A stretch of DNA of 63,621 bases, counting the filler, from Hausera hauseri (lineage: Eukaryota), in NCBI GenBank assembly GCA_046269625.1. It is 12 parts of 12 records of this genome, joined end to end, with 100 filler letters (N's around TTAATTAATTAA, not from the genome) between each part and the next. Parts side by side here need not be neighbours in the genome. Positions count along the whole stretch, not along the records: positions 50,762 to 55,537 come from JBJURY010439582.1; positions 55,638 to 63,621 come from JBJURY010835414.1; 10 more parts are not named here. One strand, 5' to 3'. Positions 50,762 to 63,621 of the stretch are shown piece by piece. Below the pieces are notes generated by a model that was given only the letters and a program-made list of their open reading frames with translations, did no database searches and had not been told where the DNA came from. Numbering within the stretch: the first letter of the stretch is position 1; every line of letters begins with the position of its first letter. Position numbers and translations under genes: made by a program.

Positions 50762-53310
50762 AGGCCGAAAGGCATGAAGATGTATTCGTAAAGGCCAAAT
50801 GGTGTGATGACAGCAGTTTTTGGAATGTCATCAGGCGCTACAGGAATTTGATGGCAGGCCTTATGCAGATCAATGGTAAAATAGATATTGATGTTATTGA
50901 GGCTATGAAGAATATTCTTAATGAGTGGTAGTGGATAGGCATCTGTAATAGTTAGGTTGTTTAATTGCCGATAGTCGCCACATGGCCTATAGGTACCATT
51001 TTTCTTTACTACTACATGAAGAGGAGAAGCCCTAGGTGAATTAGATCTCCGAATGATGCCACACCTTTCCAGTTCATGAAATTCCTGTTCCATAGCTTTA
51101 CGTCTGCGTGGCGATAAAGGTCTGACCTTTTGTTTGATAGGCCTCTGATGCTCCGTTACTATATGGTGATAAGTTGTGGATGGAGGTTTAAAGTTGACGT
51201 CCCTTTTAACTATGCGAAAGCAAGACGTTGTGACGTATGATTTAAGATCGAAGTCTAGAGATAAGAATGATTGAGGCGTATCATTAGAAAGAACAGCTCC
51301 AGTGATTGACGAAAAGCAACTGGCATTGATACTGTCGACGCCTAATTTGAATTTTTGTTTTAGAATAGATTTATGATTGTCGTTCATAACTGAAATACAA
51401 GCGACTTTATCGGAAGTTTTTTTATAGATGGTGAAGCGTTCAACATGTTCACAGATGCGTGCAATGAGCTGCTCGCTAGATTGTCTACGAGACACATGTT
51501 TGGAGTTGATATCGAGTTCCTGCTTAAAAGACAGCCATATTTGCAATTGACCAATAGATCATGTGTTGAAAGGAAATCTAAGCCTATTATGGGAAATTTA
51601 ATGTTGGCCACGTGGAACTTCCAGACAAATTTATCTGGCAGGTTGGCGAATGTAAAAGTCAATTCCGTGGTTCCTGCAACGTGCAACGGTTGACCACTGT
51701 CAGTGAGAAGCGGTGGACAGGAAGTTATAATGGATGTAGGAGTGAAGGACAAGGGGAAAAGCAAAAAGGCAGCTCCTGAGTCTATAAGAAAGTCGATATG
51801 TGAAGTATCTCTGCATAACAGTGCAGCTTTCAACAAAAAGACTGCAGAGACGGTGTTGAAACGGCCATAAAATTGAGCGATATTGCCTGCGCCAGAATGT
51901 GCCGTAAAATCTGGAGGCATTATTAATTTTTTGAAGGTTTTGGAGAAAAGGAAGAAGAGGAAGAAGAGTGATGAGATTTATCGTTTTAATGTTTACAGCC
52001 AGGCACGCATGATCTAGCTTGTGACTGGAACTTATTGTGGTAGACACAAATAGGATTGTCCACAGCGTACCATTCGCTGTAGAACCGACAACTCAAAAGC
52101 ATTTTCTTGTATCCCTTCGAAATCGCGTGTGATAGAAGCATGTCATACGTCCGCCAGGTGAAATGGATCGAGTAGAATGTCTTGACATGCTTCGCTCCTT
52201 TGAAGGTCTGGTTTCACTTCGTCGAGACCCATTAAGATTATTTAGTTTGGTAGTAATGGCCAAAATCGACTGCTGTAACTTATCAAACTGTTGCTGCATC
52301 ATTTGCCATTGTTGATTGAAAAATATTGTCTGTAGTTGAAGTACATATGGTGGCAGCCGCAATTGGGAGAGAACTGTTGATGTGGAGAATCTCAAGGGAT
52401 TTGTCAGCCATTATTGCCAGTTTTTCGATACAGTGGGTTCGTCTACAACGTTTAGTAAGGCTTTGATTGAGATGGGCAACGATGACAAGAAATAACGGCG
52501 AATTAGATCCGCATTATTTTTAGGCGTCACTCCTGGAGCGGTAAGTTGCAGAATGGCCGTTTGGAGAAAATCGAATTGTTTTCGGTTTCTTATTGCGTGG
52601 TCGTTAAAACACTTTTGTATTATATTGTCAATCGAAGTATCCGTGACATGAAGTACAGCTTCACAGAGTGTCTCGTAAGGTGTCGAGGATTGGAGCAGCT
52701 CAGAGATGTTACTAATCTGCTGCTTGACGTTGGCAGGCAGAAGAATTAAAAGACTATTGGCTCGCACAAAAGAATCAGTGATGTTGTTCGATTTTAGCCA
52801 CTGTTAATGAAATTGGAGCTATGGTTTGCTGGAGTTGTTTTTTTGACAAGGAAAAATTGCACACGAGGCAAATTTAACGAAACCAGTGATTGTTGGGAGT
52901 GTGGCAAACGGTGGAAGTTGCCGGTATTCGTGGATTTATCATACAAACAGGATTGATTTAGATCCGATCCATCCTGAAGGCGAAAACGGAGCATAAGATG
53001 GATAATTAGACGTTCACGGCAGACGAAAGACAGGAGTGAGTCGACAGGATGTAAAGTGATACCCCTATATGTGAAATAGAAGTTGGAAATGTTGAATGAG
53101 GAGGATATAGAGGTGCATAGTATCTGCGCTGTGGCGTAGATTGGAGCTTTAATGGTTGCAATGTGTTGATTATTACTGATGACAAGGAAAGAGAGTTGCA
53201 GCGAAGTAATCACAGGAGAATGGTGAAATGCATGGGAAGCTTGTGCGGTTTCCTTCTGTGTTAATAAGAGGTACGGGTGCGCATCCGGGGTGGCGGTGGC
53301 AAGTCATGAT
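50762..53310 (-). mobile_element. Same Gypsy family, copy 3: UBL (52968-53195)-gag (two CHCC)-(-1 frameshift)-PR-RT
   Basis: UBL ends LIIHLMLRFRLQDG. Gag RANSLLILLP...LIRRYFLSSLP. Knuckles CFYHTRFRRDTRKC and CVYHNKFQSQARSCVPGC. A AAA AAT TAA at 51923-51932; FLIDSGA; SPLHVVVKKNG, CGDYRQLN. Confidence 0.95.
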
Positions 53311-53444
53311 TTGGATAAAGGAATATTCAAAGATATTGAGCTTAGAAACCCTTTGAAATGAAAATTAGTGTTTGCTATGAAAGATTTGTATGAGCGCAGA
53401 AAAAAGTCGCACTGGTTGGCGCAAATAAGTGAAAAAAATCTCAT

Positions 53445-54790
53445 CTACCTGTATCTGAACGTTGTTTTACTGAACGCAGTGACAGCATCTTCATTGTGAC
53501 CAAACATTGACGGTGTGATTGTAACATGGAATGATTGCACTGAACAGTTTTCGCCGGGATCGAATGCTGCTGAATTGAAATGGGCACCGTGTGAACTGAT
53601 GTCTTTGTGGTAAGAGGATATTAGTATCTGCTCTTTGAGGAGCCGTTCCTTGAGTTCGAAAATTTTCCGGATCGCTATGGTCACTTTTGCCTGTCACATT
53701 TTGAGACCTGATTTGAGAAGTAAAATCTGACGAACAAGTAACATTGTTCATATAGAGCGTTCGAGCAATGTGTTCAACTGGTACAGTTTTAAATTTGTTT
53801 ATATACTGATTAGTCCAGTTCACAATGAACCCAATTATTGGTGCCGTACTGTCAGTTATGCAACGAGATTTCCAGCTGATACAAACACTATTTGCCATCG
53901 TTCGAATATCACTAATGCTTAGTGCTCGTGGCAAACCATTTTTTATACTTAGATAATAAGATTGTATCCGATGAAATCGTACATTGCACTGCACACATAT
54001 GAGAACGTGGGGAATTGTTCGGCGGACTTAATTGATAGCGAATTGTTTTTAAGAACATCCAATTTTGAATGGTCACTATTCGAAATGTCTAAGAAATCTT
54101 TTCTCCACGTTGGCTTTTGAGCATAACCAGGGACAAATTCACACGGATGAATAATGGAATCGCCTTCTTTAACAGTTAAAATGGATCCAAATGATAGCAT
54201 ACCATGGAAATCGTCAATCTGTGTAGAGTCTTTGTGTCCGCCATCATACGTATTTCTTTCATTGGTTTGAGTACTGTGTAACCAAGAAACACTGATACAT
54301 GTGTTGTTAATTCTGACAGCCTTAACTTGTTCTGGTTCTTCTAGTTTAGCCACTGCAATGGTACAAACTGAACTTTTCGCCGGTGGACCCAGACCTTTCC
54401 TGTTCAAGGCCATAACTCGTATTGGATAACTAGTTGACTCTCTAAAATCATCCAGCGTTACAGTCGTTCTACTTTGAACGTCAAAAACTGGCGTAGGTCT
54501 TTTACACGTAACATTTGTACTATTTCGTCTCGAATTACGAGCAATAATAACCGATTCTTTTATCATATTCGTTTTCTTTGCATTCTCAAAAATAGCAGCT
54601 TCGACCTTTTTTGTATCGCTTTTGTTTGAATGGAAGGAAATGAAACTACTGAATAACCAATTACTCAGAATCCGTATCACATTCACAAAATTATCCTCAA
54701 GAGATCGTGTACCATCAAGTGACGAAATGATCACAGTTTGAACTGTGTAAATAAAATTGTCTGGTGAACCTTTTCCGATGATGAGAATTG
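53445..54790 (-). pseudogene. FN3/Ig-domain cell-surface protein fragments, frameshifted
   Basis: FN3-like LDDFRESTSYPIRVMALNRKGLGP, CISVSW and VCISWKS...PIIGFIVNW. Ig-like EGDSIIHPC...PTWRKD...LSIKS...YVCSA. Confidence 0.65.
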
Positions 54791-57399
54791 ACTCTATCCG
54801 ATTCCAGATATTGTAAAATTAACTCAATTGTCGAATAATAGATTTGTCTGATTTCGTTTAAAACTGCTTTAAGACCTCACAAAACTAAATCAATAACATG
54901 AATCAGTCTGATAAATGGAACTAAAGACGAATTGGTTATTATCGGTACGTAGTTGCGCATGATTGACTGTATGAGACAAAGAAGAACGAAAGAATCGCTG
55001 ATATATTCAGACGATGGCTTCGTTGTATAACTGACTTGGTGGTATAATTCCCGTCAACATTGACGATAATTGAACCCATGGCACATGACCGGATTCTAAC
55101 ACCGCTTGTAAAGTTAGTAAAATCGAACCACAATCCAGTATGCCGAGTAAACGAGAATAATCGGTCATCATAATTGGCACAGTAGTTCTGGCCAATTCAG
55201 AATAGGTTTCGGAATTCCAGGTAATATTACGTAGAAATGTTTGTATTAATATCAAAATGGTTTCTCGAGCAGTTACCAAATACAATGAGGGCGATTTCTG
55301 AAATTCTTAGCTTTGGCAAAATTTTTGTTTAATTCGAATAAGACTTGGTGACATAAGATTCATTCGATCAAAAAGTGTAGGACAAATTTTGATACGTTGA
55401 GTAATATACGCATTTTTAAGCAGCAATGATGATCGAATAATAATTTCTAAAATTGTTCTTACAATACTTAAAACCTGAGAATCTAGCAGACCTGTTGCAT
55501 CATTTAATATTCTATCGATGATTTTAAACCATGCTTCNNNNNNNNNNNNNNNNNNNNNNNNNNNNNNNNNNNNNNNNNNNNTTAATTAATTAANNNNNNN
55601 NNNNNNNNNNNNNNNNNNNNNNNNNNNNNNNNNNNNNGGAGCTTTCGAAAGACAAATATGCCCGAATGAAATTGGACTCGAACTAAAATATCAGCAGAAG
55701 CTTTAAAAAAACCTTTGCGGGAAAATAATCAATCAACTCAATCAAGTACTTTATCGTTCAACATTTCAAACACTCCAGAAACCCCATGTGAAATTATTCT
55801 TTCATAGATTATCCAGTCAGTGAAAAAACTCATTCGCCTTTCGTAGATATTAGTTTGCCAAAACTCGAAAAGAAACTATCATTTTGAACATATTGAATTT
55901 TGGAACAAAAAATTGATTCTTTGACATTGCTAAAAATTCTACCGATTGATATTCTCAGCATTTACAGAATTTTTTTTGATCTCATTGAACCATTTCAATC
56001 CCAAGATTTTCGGTACAGCTTTTAGTCGGTTCAATCATCTTATTTTGTTTATCAATCCGACCTAGCAGCGATTCAGTTTCTAGTAATCTAGTAATTTACA
56101 ACTTTTAAATTCAGTGCGTGCAATTTAACCTTCGTGTGATCTACTTATAATTTGGGACATTTTATTGTGTATATTGATCCCATGTTTCTGCACTACGATA
56201 TCAAACTCAATTTCTTTTGTACATCTGAATCAATTCTTTCCGGACAAAATTTTCAGTCATATCGTGATGCACTAAATTTGCCGTTGCGTTCTTCAATCAC
56301 GGATTCATTTGCTGTCAGTGAAACTATATGTAGTTTATGATAAAATAATTAAAAAAAATTTTGTTTTGTTTAAATATTCAAAAAAAGTTTGAATTGAAAA
56401 TACAAGTGATTTCGTTCCAGCCATTTTGGATTTAAATTTTGTTTTCTTTCACGTTGGAATTTTCTTTATATCATCGTTTTGGAATTTATTTATTTTTTGG
56501 AATTGATTTCATATATATTCGTACATTCGTCGGCCAGTTAAACTATACTGTTTATTGACATTGTAAAATTCCTCGTACACTGTCCTTCACACTACCTCAC
56601 ATGTAGGGCATATATAATACTGAACCCTGTTGAACATATGTCCAAAGTATTTCATCATAATACTATGGAAAATTTCCGGCTCATGAATTGGAGCCAAGCA
56701 CTCTGTGTAAACTTTGCACATCTAATCAAAGCAATTATTTAATGAACACAAATAAGAAAACTAACCATTCGGCGAAGTGAATTTGGAAATAATGAAAAAT
56801 ATAGCTATGTCAACGTGCACTGTCTAATTTTGATAATTTATGCAGTAAAACAAAACACATGTACGGAAATAATCTTGATGCAGTAAAACAAAACACACGT
56901 AAGGAAATAATTTTAATGGTGGGGTAAACTAGGCACTGCATATTGTCGCCATTATGTTATATTGTCAACATAATGTACATTTGGTTTAAAGCATCAAGTG
57001 CATAAACTTGTCACGTAATTATGCCATCGTATTGCTTATCAACATCCTGCGTTTATTTTAATGCATCAAATGATTTAAATATGTGACAGCGCCATATTCG
57101 AATAGGTTTTCATATATGACGAATCGATTAAATCCACCAGATTCTTCGAATAATGCATGCTTGACTGAATAATCGAGTTAGAATCGATAATTCTTCGCGT
57201 TCGAATAATGTTTTCGATCATCTAATATCATATTCACATTCCGCATATATGCTTTCCTACCCAGCCCCGATATTACATTTATCGATTTCAAATTCACATT
57301 TTGCTTAATTCGAAATATTGATTTTATGCCTATATAGTACATTTTCATGGAATAATTTTTATGCACAAAGAAGTTTTCATATACGAGGGATCGATTCCC

Positions 57400-58380
57400 G
57401 CTGTTAGAACTTCGATATTCGAGCCAAAAATATTCGAATTTCGAATTTTCGACTCAAGATTCCAGTTCGCCATAGTCGATTTCCTATCTGTCTCCTCACA
57501 ATGTTATATCGAATTTTGCTTCCCTAGGATATGAAAAACCTATCGGAAATCTGGCCCATTTGCACTTTGAATCGATATTAATCGATAACTAATTAATAAA
57601 TTTAAATTCTAACTGCACATTCATACACTACACCATGTTTGTGATCGAATGCACCCGGTCACATGTCATAATCATCAATATCGGAAATATCGGAAATTCC
57701 ATATTATTGATTTTTGCACACGTGCACACATGCTTTTGCATTGCACACCACATACCAAGGTGCATCTCGATATACTCTATTCATTTCACTTGACACCTAT
57801 CAATTCCATCAATCTTACGCTGCACAACTGCAAAAGTGTGCAAAGTGAAAAAGTGCCCTGGAAACCGTATCCAAGAACACTCTTCACTCGAGTATTGCAC
57901 TGATCGAAAGTACATTAAGTACTGCACCTGCCAGTATATGTGCCATGTTGATATTACTGATTTAAAATTTATAGTGAAAGGCCTGTGGCGGTTCGGTCCC
58001 ACTTGGCAATTATTCGAAAACCACTCAATCGATTTAAATTCTATCTAAACATTCACATAGCGCATCATGTGCGCTACCAATTTCACCCGGTGACGAGTGC
58101 TAATCATCAATATTAGATTTATCGGAAATCCAATATTATTGACTTTTGCACACCTGCACTGTGCACAAATCGATGCGCACTGATGTGCACTATCGATTAG
58201 CACTTTGTCCCGATGGATTCGATCAATACTGCATTGTGCAGCGATCGGTTTGTCAAATGTGCAAAAGTTCCCTTAGCAACGGTGTCTAACCGCAGCGTTG
58301 CTATGCACTCTAACGATAGATAGTGCTCCCTGTGCATTATCAATTGGCACTTGTACAATATCGATTCGCACACCCCCGGT
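57400..58380 (+). repeat. TGCA/GTGCAC-rich non-coding block upstream of pPolB copy 2, with an internal ~430-bp-period duplication (~57600-57730 / ~58032-58168); candidate left inverted repeat
   Basis: tttaaattcta...cacccggt....aatcatcaata...atcggaaat...atattattga.ttttgcaca occurs twice. 58343-58366 matches the reverse complement of 63598-63621 at 21/24 positions. Confidence 0.6.
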
Positions 58381-58427
58381 TGTGGGACCGAACTGCCATT
58401 TACACACTACTCAAATAATTGACTTGT

Positions 58428-61400
58428 TTAGATTTAAAACTTCTACAAATTTTGCATGACGCAGAAACATGAGTAGCAGAATTGCCACAGTGTGACGCCG
58501 CAGTATTTTGGATATCAATACAACAAGACTCAATACTGTGTTTCCTGCATGTCAGGTAGTATATCGGATCGGTTACGAGGAACTTTACAAGCAGCATAAA
58601 CAGTATCTGGATTCCTTCACAATAATATGTCAATGGCAACAAGAGTGCAAAAGCAATTCAGATGTGCAGTTCCTATGCTTAATGCACATCCACAGCACAT
58701 AATCCGCAACAGTGTCATGAAGTAATGCAGCGGTATTACGGACACAAATAAAAAAGGATCCAGTATTATATATGTCCGGGATATGAGACTGTATGCGACG
58801 CAGATTACATACAATTCTAGTATAATCACAAACATCATTTGAGTCACTTCGCATCAAAGTCCAAGAAGGTCATCTTTAATGAGCAACATAATCTTTATGC
58901 ATCTGCTTTGCAGTATGATGCTTCACAGAATTCTGCTTGGAATTACGCTGCTGGTGCAGCAGCTGTGAAGCATACTAGACAATTAAAACCCGCAGCAACA
59001 TCATTTGCAAGAAATGCTGCTGCGCAAATGCTGCTGCGCCTGATGAGTTTAAACGCAGCCAAATCAGGCGTAGCCACATCAGACGCAGATACATCAGGCA
59101 CATATGTTCCACCGAAAAGCCCAACACAGCGGACAATTGATGCTTAAGAGAAAAGTCCGCATATGTGTTATTGATGCTACTGGTCAAACAACCTTCAGAA
59201 TTCCTTGAGTGTACAATGGAAGAGACAGAAGGAATTCTCCAGGACAACATGGCGGAGCTCAAAGCCGTTAAAGTGAATATGAAACTGGAGGCCACGTGCA
59301 TCAATTTTGATGACGAAGAATCCAATATGGCCTTCAAGACCAAAAATAGGCCAATATTGGAAACAACCAATATTTTAGAATGGCTACATGAGGCGCAAGC
59401 GAAGCTACTCCATGAAACCGAGGAGCGCAAGGATAAGAAGAGCGGCTGGACTCTGGCAACAGTAAAGAAATTGCGTGTCTTTATGAACAATTACTCCCTT
59501 ATGCAAGGCAGCTCCTATATACAGCTTCCGGAATGGATCGTTAATAAAAAAGCGTGCATCAATGCCCTTAATGATGACAACAAATGTTTCATATATGCCA
59601 TTTTATGTAGACTAGTACGGGATCAAAAACATGTAGCAGATCGAGTTTGGCTATATAATTATCTACAGCACAACTATGACTTCCAATGTAATAAATTCCC
59701 CCCATTCATAGATGAAGTCAAAAAATTCGTGCGAATCAGCAACATGTCCATCAATATCCTTGGATTGCATGAGGCGGACAAATTCTATCCGTTGAAAATA
59801 TGATGCTGATTTGGAAGATCATAGGAATCTGCTCCTACTAGTCGATGGAGAAAAAAACATCATGTTTGGATCAAGAACTTGGAGCGTCTAGTCAGATTTC
59901 AAATAACAAATCATGAGCACGGAACTGAAATATGCAAAAGATGTTTGTCCCATTTCAGCAGTAAGTCAGCTGTGGAGAAGCTGAATGAACACAAGATGTA
60001 CTGCAGCAACAATTATTGTATGAGGCCAGAATTTCCCAAAGAGGACTACATTAAATTCAAGGAGTTCGAAAAGAAGATCAAGGTCCCTATATATATCTAC
60101 TGCTACTTTGAAGCTATTCTACGTCAAGTTCAGAGTTGCAGTCCTAATCCCCAAAATAGCAGCATAACGGAATACCAATATCATGAACTTTCATCGTATT
60201 GTATGTATGCCAAAGGACTGGACAGTAAACAATATTAATTCAGAGGTCCAGGCGCAGCAGCTCATTTCACAAAGCGACATGAAAATATAGCTCATAGGAT
60301 TCGAGATATTCTGCAGCAGCATAAGAATACATGTTGAAGCAGCAAGAAGAAGAATGACGCAAGGCAACAACATGTTACATGTGCTCCAAATCATTCACTA
60401 AGGAGTATCATAAAGTCAGGGATCATTGCCATTTCACAGGCACATATGGAGATGCGGCAAGCCAAAAACTGCAATCTGCGTTGCAGAACATGTATATATG
60501 TGCCTGTAATGTTCCATAATATCAGTGGTTATGATTCCCATCTCATTGTTCTGAAACTGGGCAGCATTGAAGGAAACATTGAGGCAATAGTGAGAGGAAG
60601 TACATCACATTTACGAAGCATGTTGGGAAAATCAGGCTTCACTTCTTAGACACCTTCCGTTTCATGTTGTCTTCACTTGACAGTTTAGTGATGAACCTCC
60701 ATGCAGAAGAACTCAAGGAGGTGAAGCGATTCTTTCCCACTACATTTGACCCCATCAAGACAAAAGGCGTGATTCCCTATAACCACATTACTTCATAGGA
60801 AACACTGGATGAGACCCCATTGCCGGACAAGAAGAACTTTTACAATATTCTCTCAGATTGTGATATCAGTGAAAAGGACTACCAGCATGACCAGAACGTA
60901 TGGCATGCATTCCAATGCCGAACATTAAGGGAATATTGCGACATATACCTCAAGAGGGACGTGCTGCTGCTGACGGATATCTTTGAAAGCTTCAGAATGT
61001 TACGATGAAGAGCGATGCATTGGATCCAGCTCATTTCTTTACGGCTTCAGGGATGAGTGGGGCAGCTATGCTGCCCAATACGGGTATTAGGCTGCAAATC
61101 ATAAATGATTACGACATGACCTTCATGATTGAGAGAGGCATTAGGGAAGGAATATGCCAGGCCATTCATCATGTATAGCGAGGCCAACAACAAGTATGTG
61201 GTCCAGTATAATCCATCCAAGTAATCCTCATATATATCATACCTGGATGCTATCAACTTATATGGATGGGTATTGAGCGCTCCATTGCCATATGATAACT
61301 TCAAGTGAGTCGAGCATCCTGAAAACATCCCTATACTGCACCTGGATCCCACTGGATATATGGAATACATACTGGAGGTGGATATGGAATATCCGGCTTC

Positions 61401-62421
61401 TATTTACGCAAGGCATTAACAGCTGCTTTCCTCCCTGAGTGCAAGCCTCCGTCCCATAGAAAGCATAGAAAGCTGCTCTACAATCTGGATAGTAGGGAAA
61501 GGTATGTAGTCTACTATATAAATCTCCAGCAAGCTTTTAGGCATGGATTCCGCATCACTGAGATTCATAGAGCCTGAAGTTCAGCACGTCCATGTGGCTG
61601 CAGCCGTACATAGACCTCAATACCAAGCTGTGGACTAATGCAAAGATCGATTTTGAGAAGAACGAATTCAAGTTTTACAACAACAGCTTTTTGTCAAGAC
61701 CATGGAGAATATCCGCAAGACGATCAACGTCGAACTGGTCTCTGAGTGGAAGCGAGCAAACAAGCTCACTGCCAAGCCCAACTTCCACAGCAGCACCATA
61801 TATGCCGAGAACTTAGTCAGCATCCATATGCTGAAAACATCTTTGGTATCCAACAAGCCCATATATGTGGGTATGGTAATACTGGGCCTGTGAAATACCC
61901 TGATGTACAAATTGCACTACGACATCATGGTCCCCACATTCAAGTCCATACAGTTGATGTATATTGATAAAGATAGTTTCATCTATCATATACATACTAA
62001 GGACATTTATGGAGACTTTGCCAAGTTGGCACAGCATATGGATACGTCTGGCTATCCGAAGAAGCATCCAAACTATTCAGTTACCAACAAGAAGGTCCTT
62101 GGGAAATTCAAAGATGAGGCGAAAGGGGCAATCATTTCGAGATGTGTCCAAATTGTACGCAATTGATGTATGTGATCAGATCAAAAAGAGAGCTAGGGGC
62201 GTTAGAAGAAGATCTTAGCCAAGAAGATCACTTTTGCGGATTATGTGAGAGTTCTGCATGAGCAGACTCATATCATATCAGAGATGCGAAAAATCCAGTC
62301 TAGTGATCATAACAATGAGACAGTAACACTACAGAAGAAGAGCCCAGATTAGATGAAGGACAAAACATAGATCCTGGGTGATAAAATAAGCACACAAACT
62401 CAAGGGCATGTGGCACTGTAA
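58428..62421 (+). mobile_element. Polinton/Maverick-type pPolB pseudogene, copy 2, colinear with 13490-17491
   Basis: Same motif series: KKSGWTL, GSSYIQLPEWIVNKKACIN..NDDNKCF, DHCHFTG, FHNISGYD, YLKRDV, YLDAINLYG, YIDKDS, LGKFKDE. Shares the 3' flank ttgtcttc...aagtaatgtgggatata with copy 1. Confidence 0.9.
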
Positions 62422-62631
62422 ATATTTAAATATCGTTATTCTTTTTTAACAAATCTTATAAAATATATCGTCTTGTCTTCTTCATAAAGTAATGTGGGAT
62501 ATAGGATAAGGCCAAGTAAAACTACGTAACGACTGTGTAGGATAAGGCCAACAAATTTCAACACATTTATTTCATAACAATATAACTTTGGCATAACGCT
62601 AAACACTTTTTATAATGTGTGTGCATGTGCT

Positions 62632-62970
62632 TGTGCGGGTATAATGAAGTAACTTGGGAAATGAATTGGCTGTGGTATACGTCTTGGCGTATGCATGTGA
62701 GTGAGTGTGTGTGTTTGTGCAGGTATAATGAAGTAACCTGGGAAATGAATCAGCTATGATATACGTCTTGTGTTTGTGTTTGTGCGGATATAATGAAGTA
62801 ACATGGGAAATGAATTGGATATAATATATATCTGTGTGAGTGGGTGTTTTTGTGCATGTGTGTTTGTGTGCACGTGTGTGCGGGTATAATGACTTAACTT
62901 TGGAAAATAATAGGCTGTTATATGTCTGTGGCTATGTGCGTGCGCAAGTAAAATGAAGTAACACATATGA
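62632..62970 (+). repeat. Minisatellite: ~5 copies of core tgtgcgggtataatgaagtaac.tgggaaatgaat separated by TG-rich spacers; a related copy lies at ~40645-40681
   Basis: Cores start at 62632, 62716, 62781, 62877 and ~62940. Confidence 0.85.
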
Positions 62971-63621
62971 GCTCTCTGCGTTATACTCATATTCCTCACA
63001 TTAGCTAAATATTACCCATATTAATTGTATTTTACACATACGTACTTGCGCGCGCACATACACTCAGACATATATCATACCGTTCGATAAAATCAGTAAC
63101 TCAGCATGATTTATACCATGTTCCGTCATTTACAATAAATTTCAAGGCCTTTAAGGTTGTAAAATATGACAGAAGGACCACGTGAGCTTTTGGAATTATT
63201 TTCCTGGAAATTTTCGTTTAGCAATACTTTTAACTGTGAAACACTTTGAAAAGATACTGAAAGCTAGAACGTTCACACTACAAACAGATAATAAACATCT
63301 CTTGTAGGTAGAAAGAAGGACATGGTGTCAAGACACCCTCAGGGAAGGAGAAAAGAAGTGGTTGGAGTATGAGTCATTGGGTAGAAAAATCGATACACGC
63401 ACGAACAATTAATAAGGCGGAGAAGGGAAACGCACAGTTATGAAAGTGATACACACAAGCACGTGTACTGTATGAATTCGGAGTGGTTTAAAAATGTGAA
63501 TTTCGCGCGAAATATTTTTTAAAATTTTGTTTTAATATTGGAGTAGGGAGAAAATGGGAATTCGGGCACAAACCCCGACGGGGGGGGTTAATCGATTAAT
63601 CGATATTGCACATGTGCCGAT

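Noticed and set aside
62632-62970. CRISPR-like repeat/spacer pattern
   Set aside because: The context is eukaryotic, the repeats are degenerate, the spacers are low-complexity TG runs of unequal length, and there are no cas genes.

Overview
This is AT-rich eukaryotic (animal-like) DNA. It consists of 12 unrelated small contigs joined by artificial 100-bp N/TTAATTAATTAA/N linkers, so adjacency is only meaningful within a contig. Apparently intact host genes are an intronless DHX38/PRP16 helicase and a three-finger C2H2 protein. There is also a C-type lectin + PAN-like gene and a small two-exon orphan, both with ~45-bp introns. The rest is mostly decayed mobile DNA: (i) five pieces of one Ty3/Gypsy family of CsRn1-clade type; (ii) two stand-alone Polinton/Maverick-type protein-primed PolB pseudogenes; (iii) hAT and Tigger/pogo remnants; and (iv) a 4-kb (TTCN)n array. 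The main finding is that in three independent, diverged copies the Gypsy Gag ORF begins with a 69-76 aa ubiquitin-like domain. It ends in RIRGG|MDS in two copies and RLQDG|SD in the third, which suggests a UBL-Gag precursor that a deubiquitinase could cleave. The family also has tandem CHCC zinc knuckles and a -1 gag/pol frameshift. All three UBL-bearing copies sit directly downstream of co-oriented trains of truncated, decayed host-gene fragments (DYRK1A, DNAJB6-like, AIFM1 and FHIP1; ZMYND11; FN3/Ig), with no recognisable LTR in between. All homology calls are by motif recognition only; no database searches were run.
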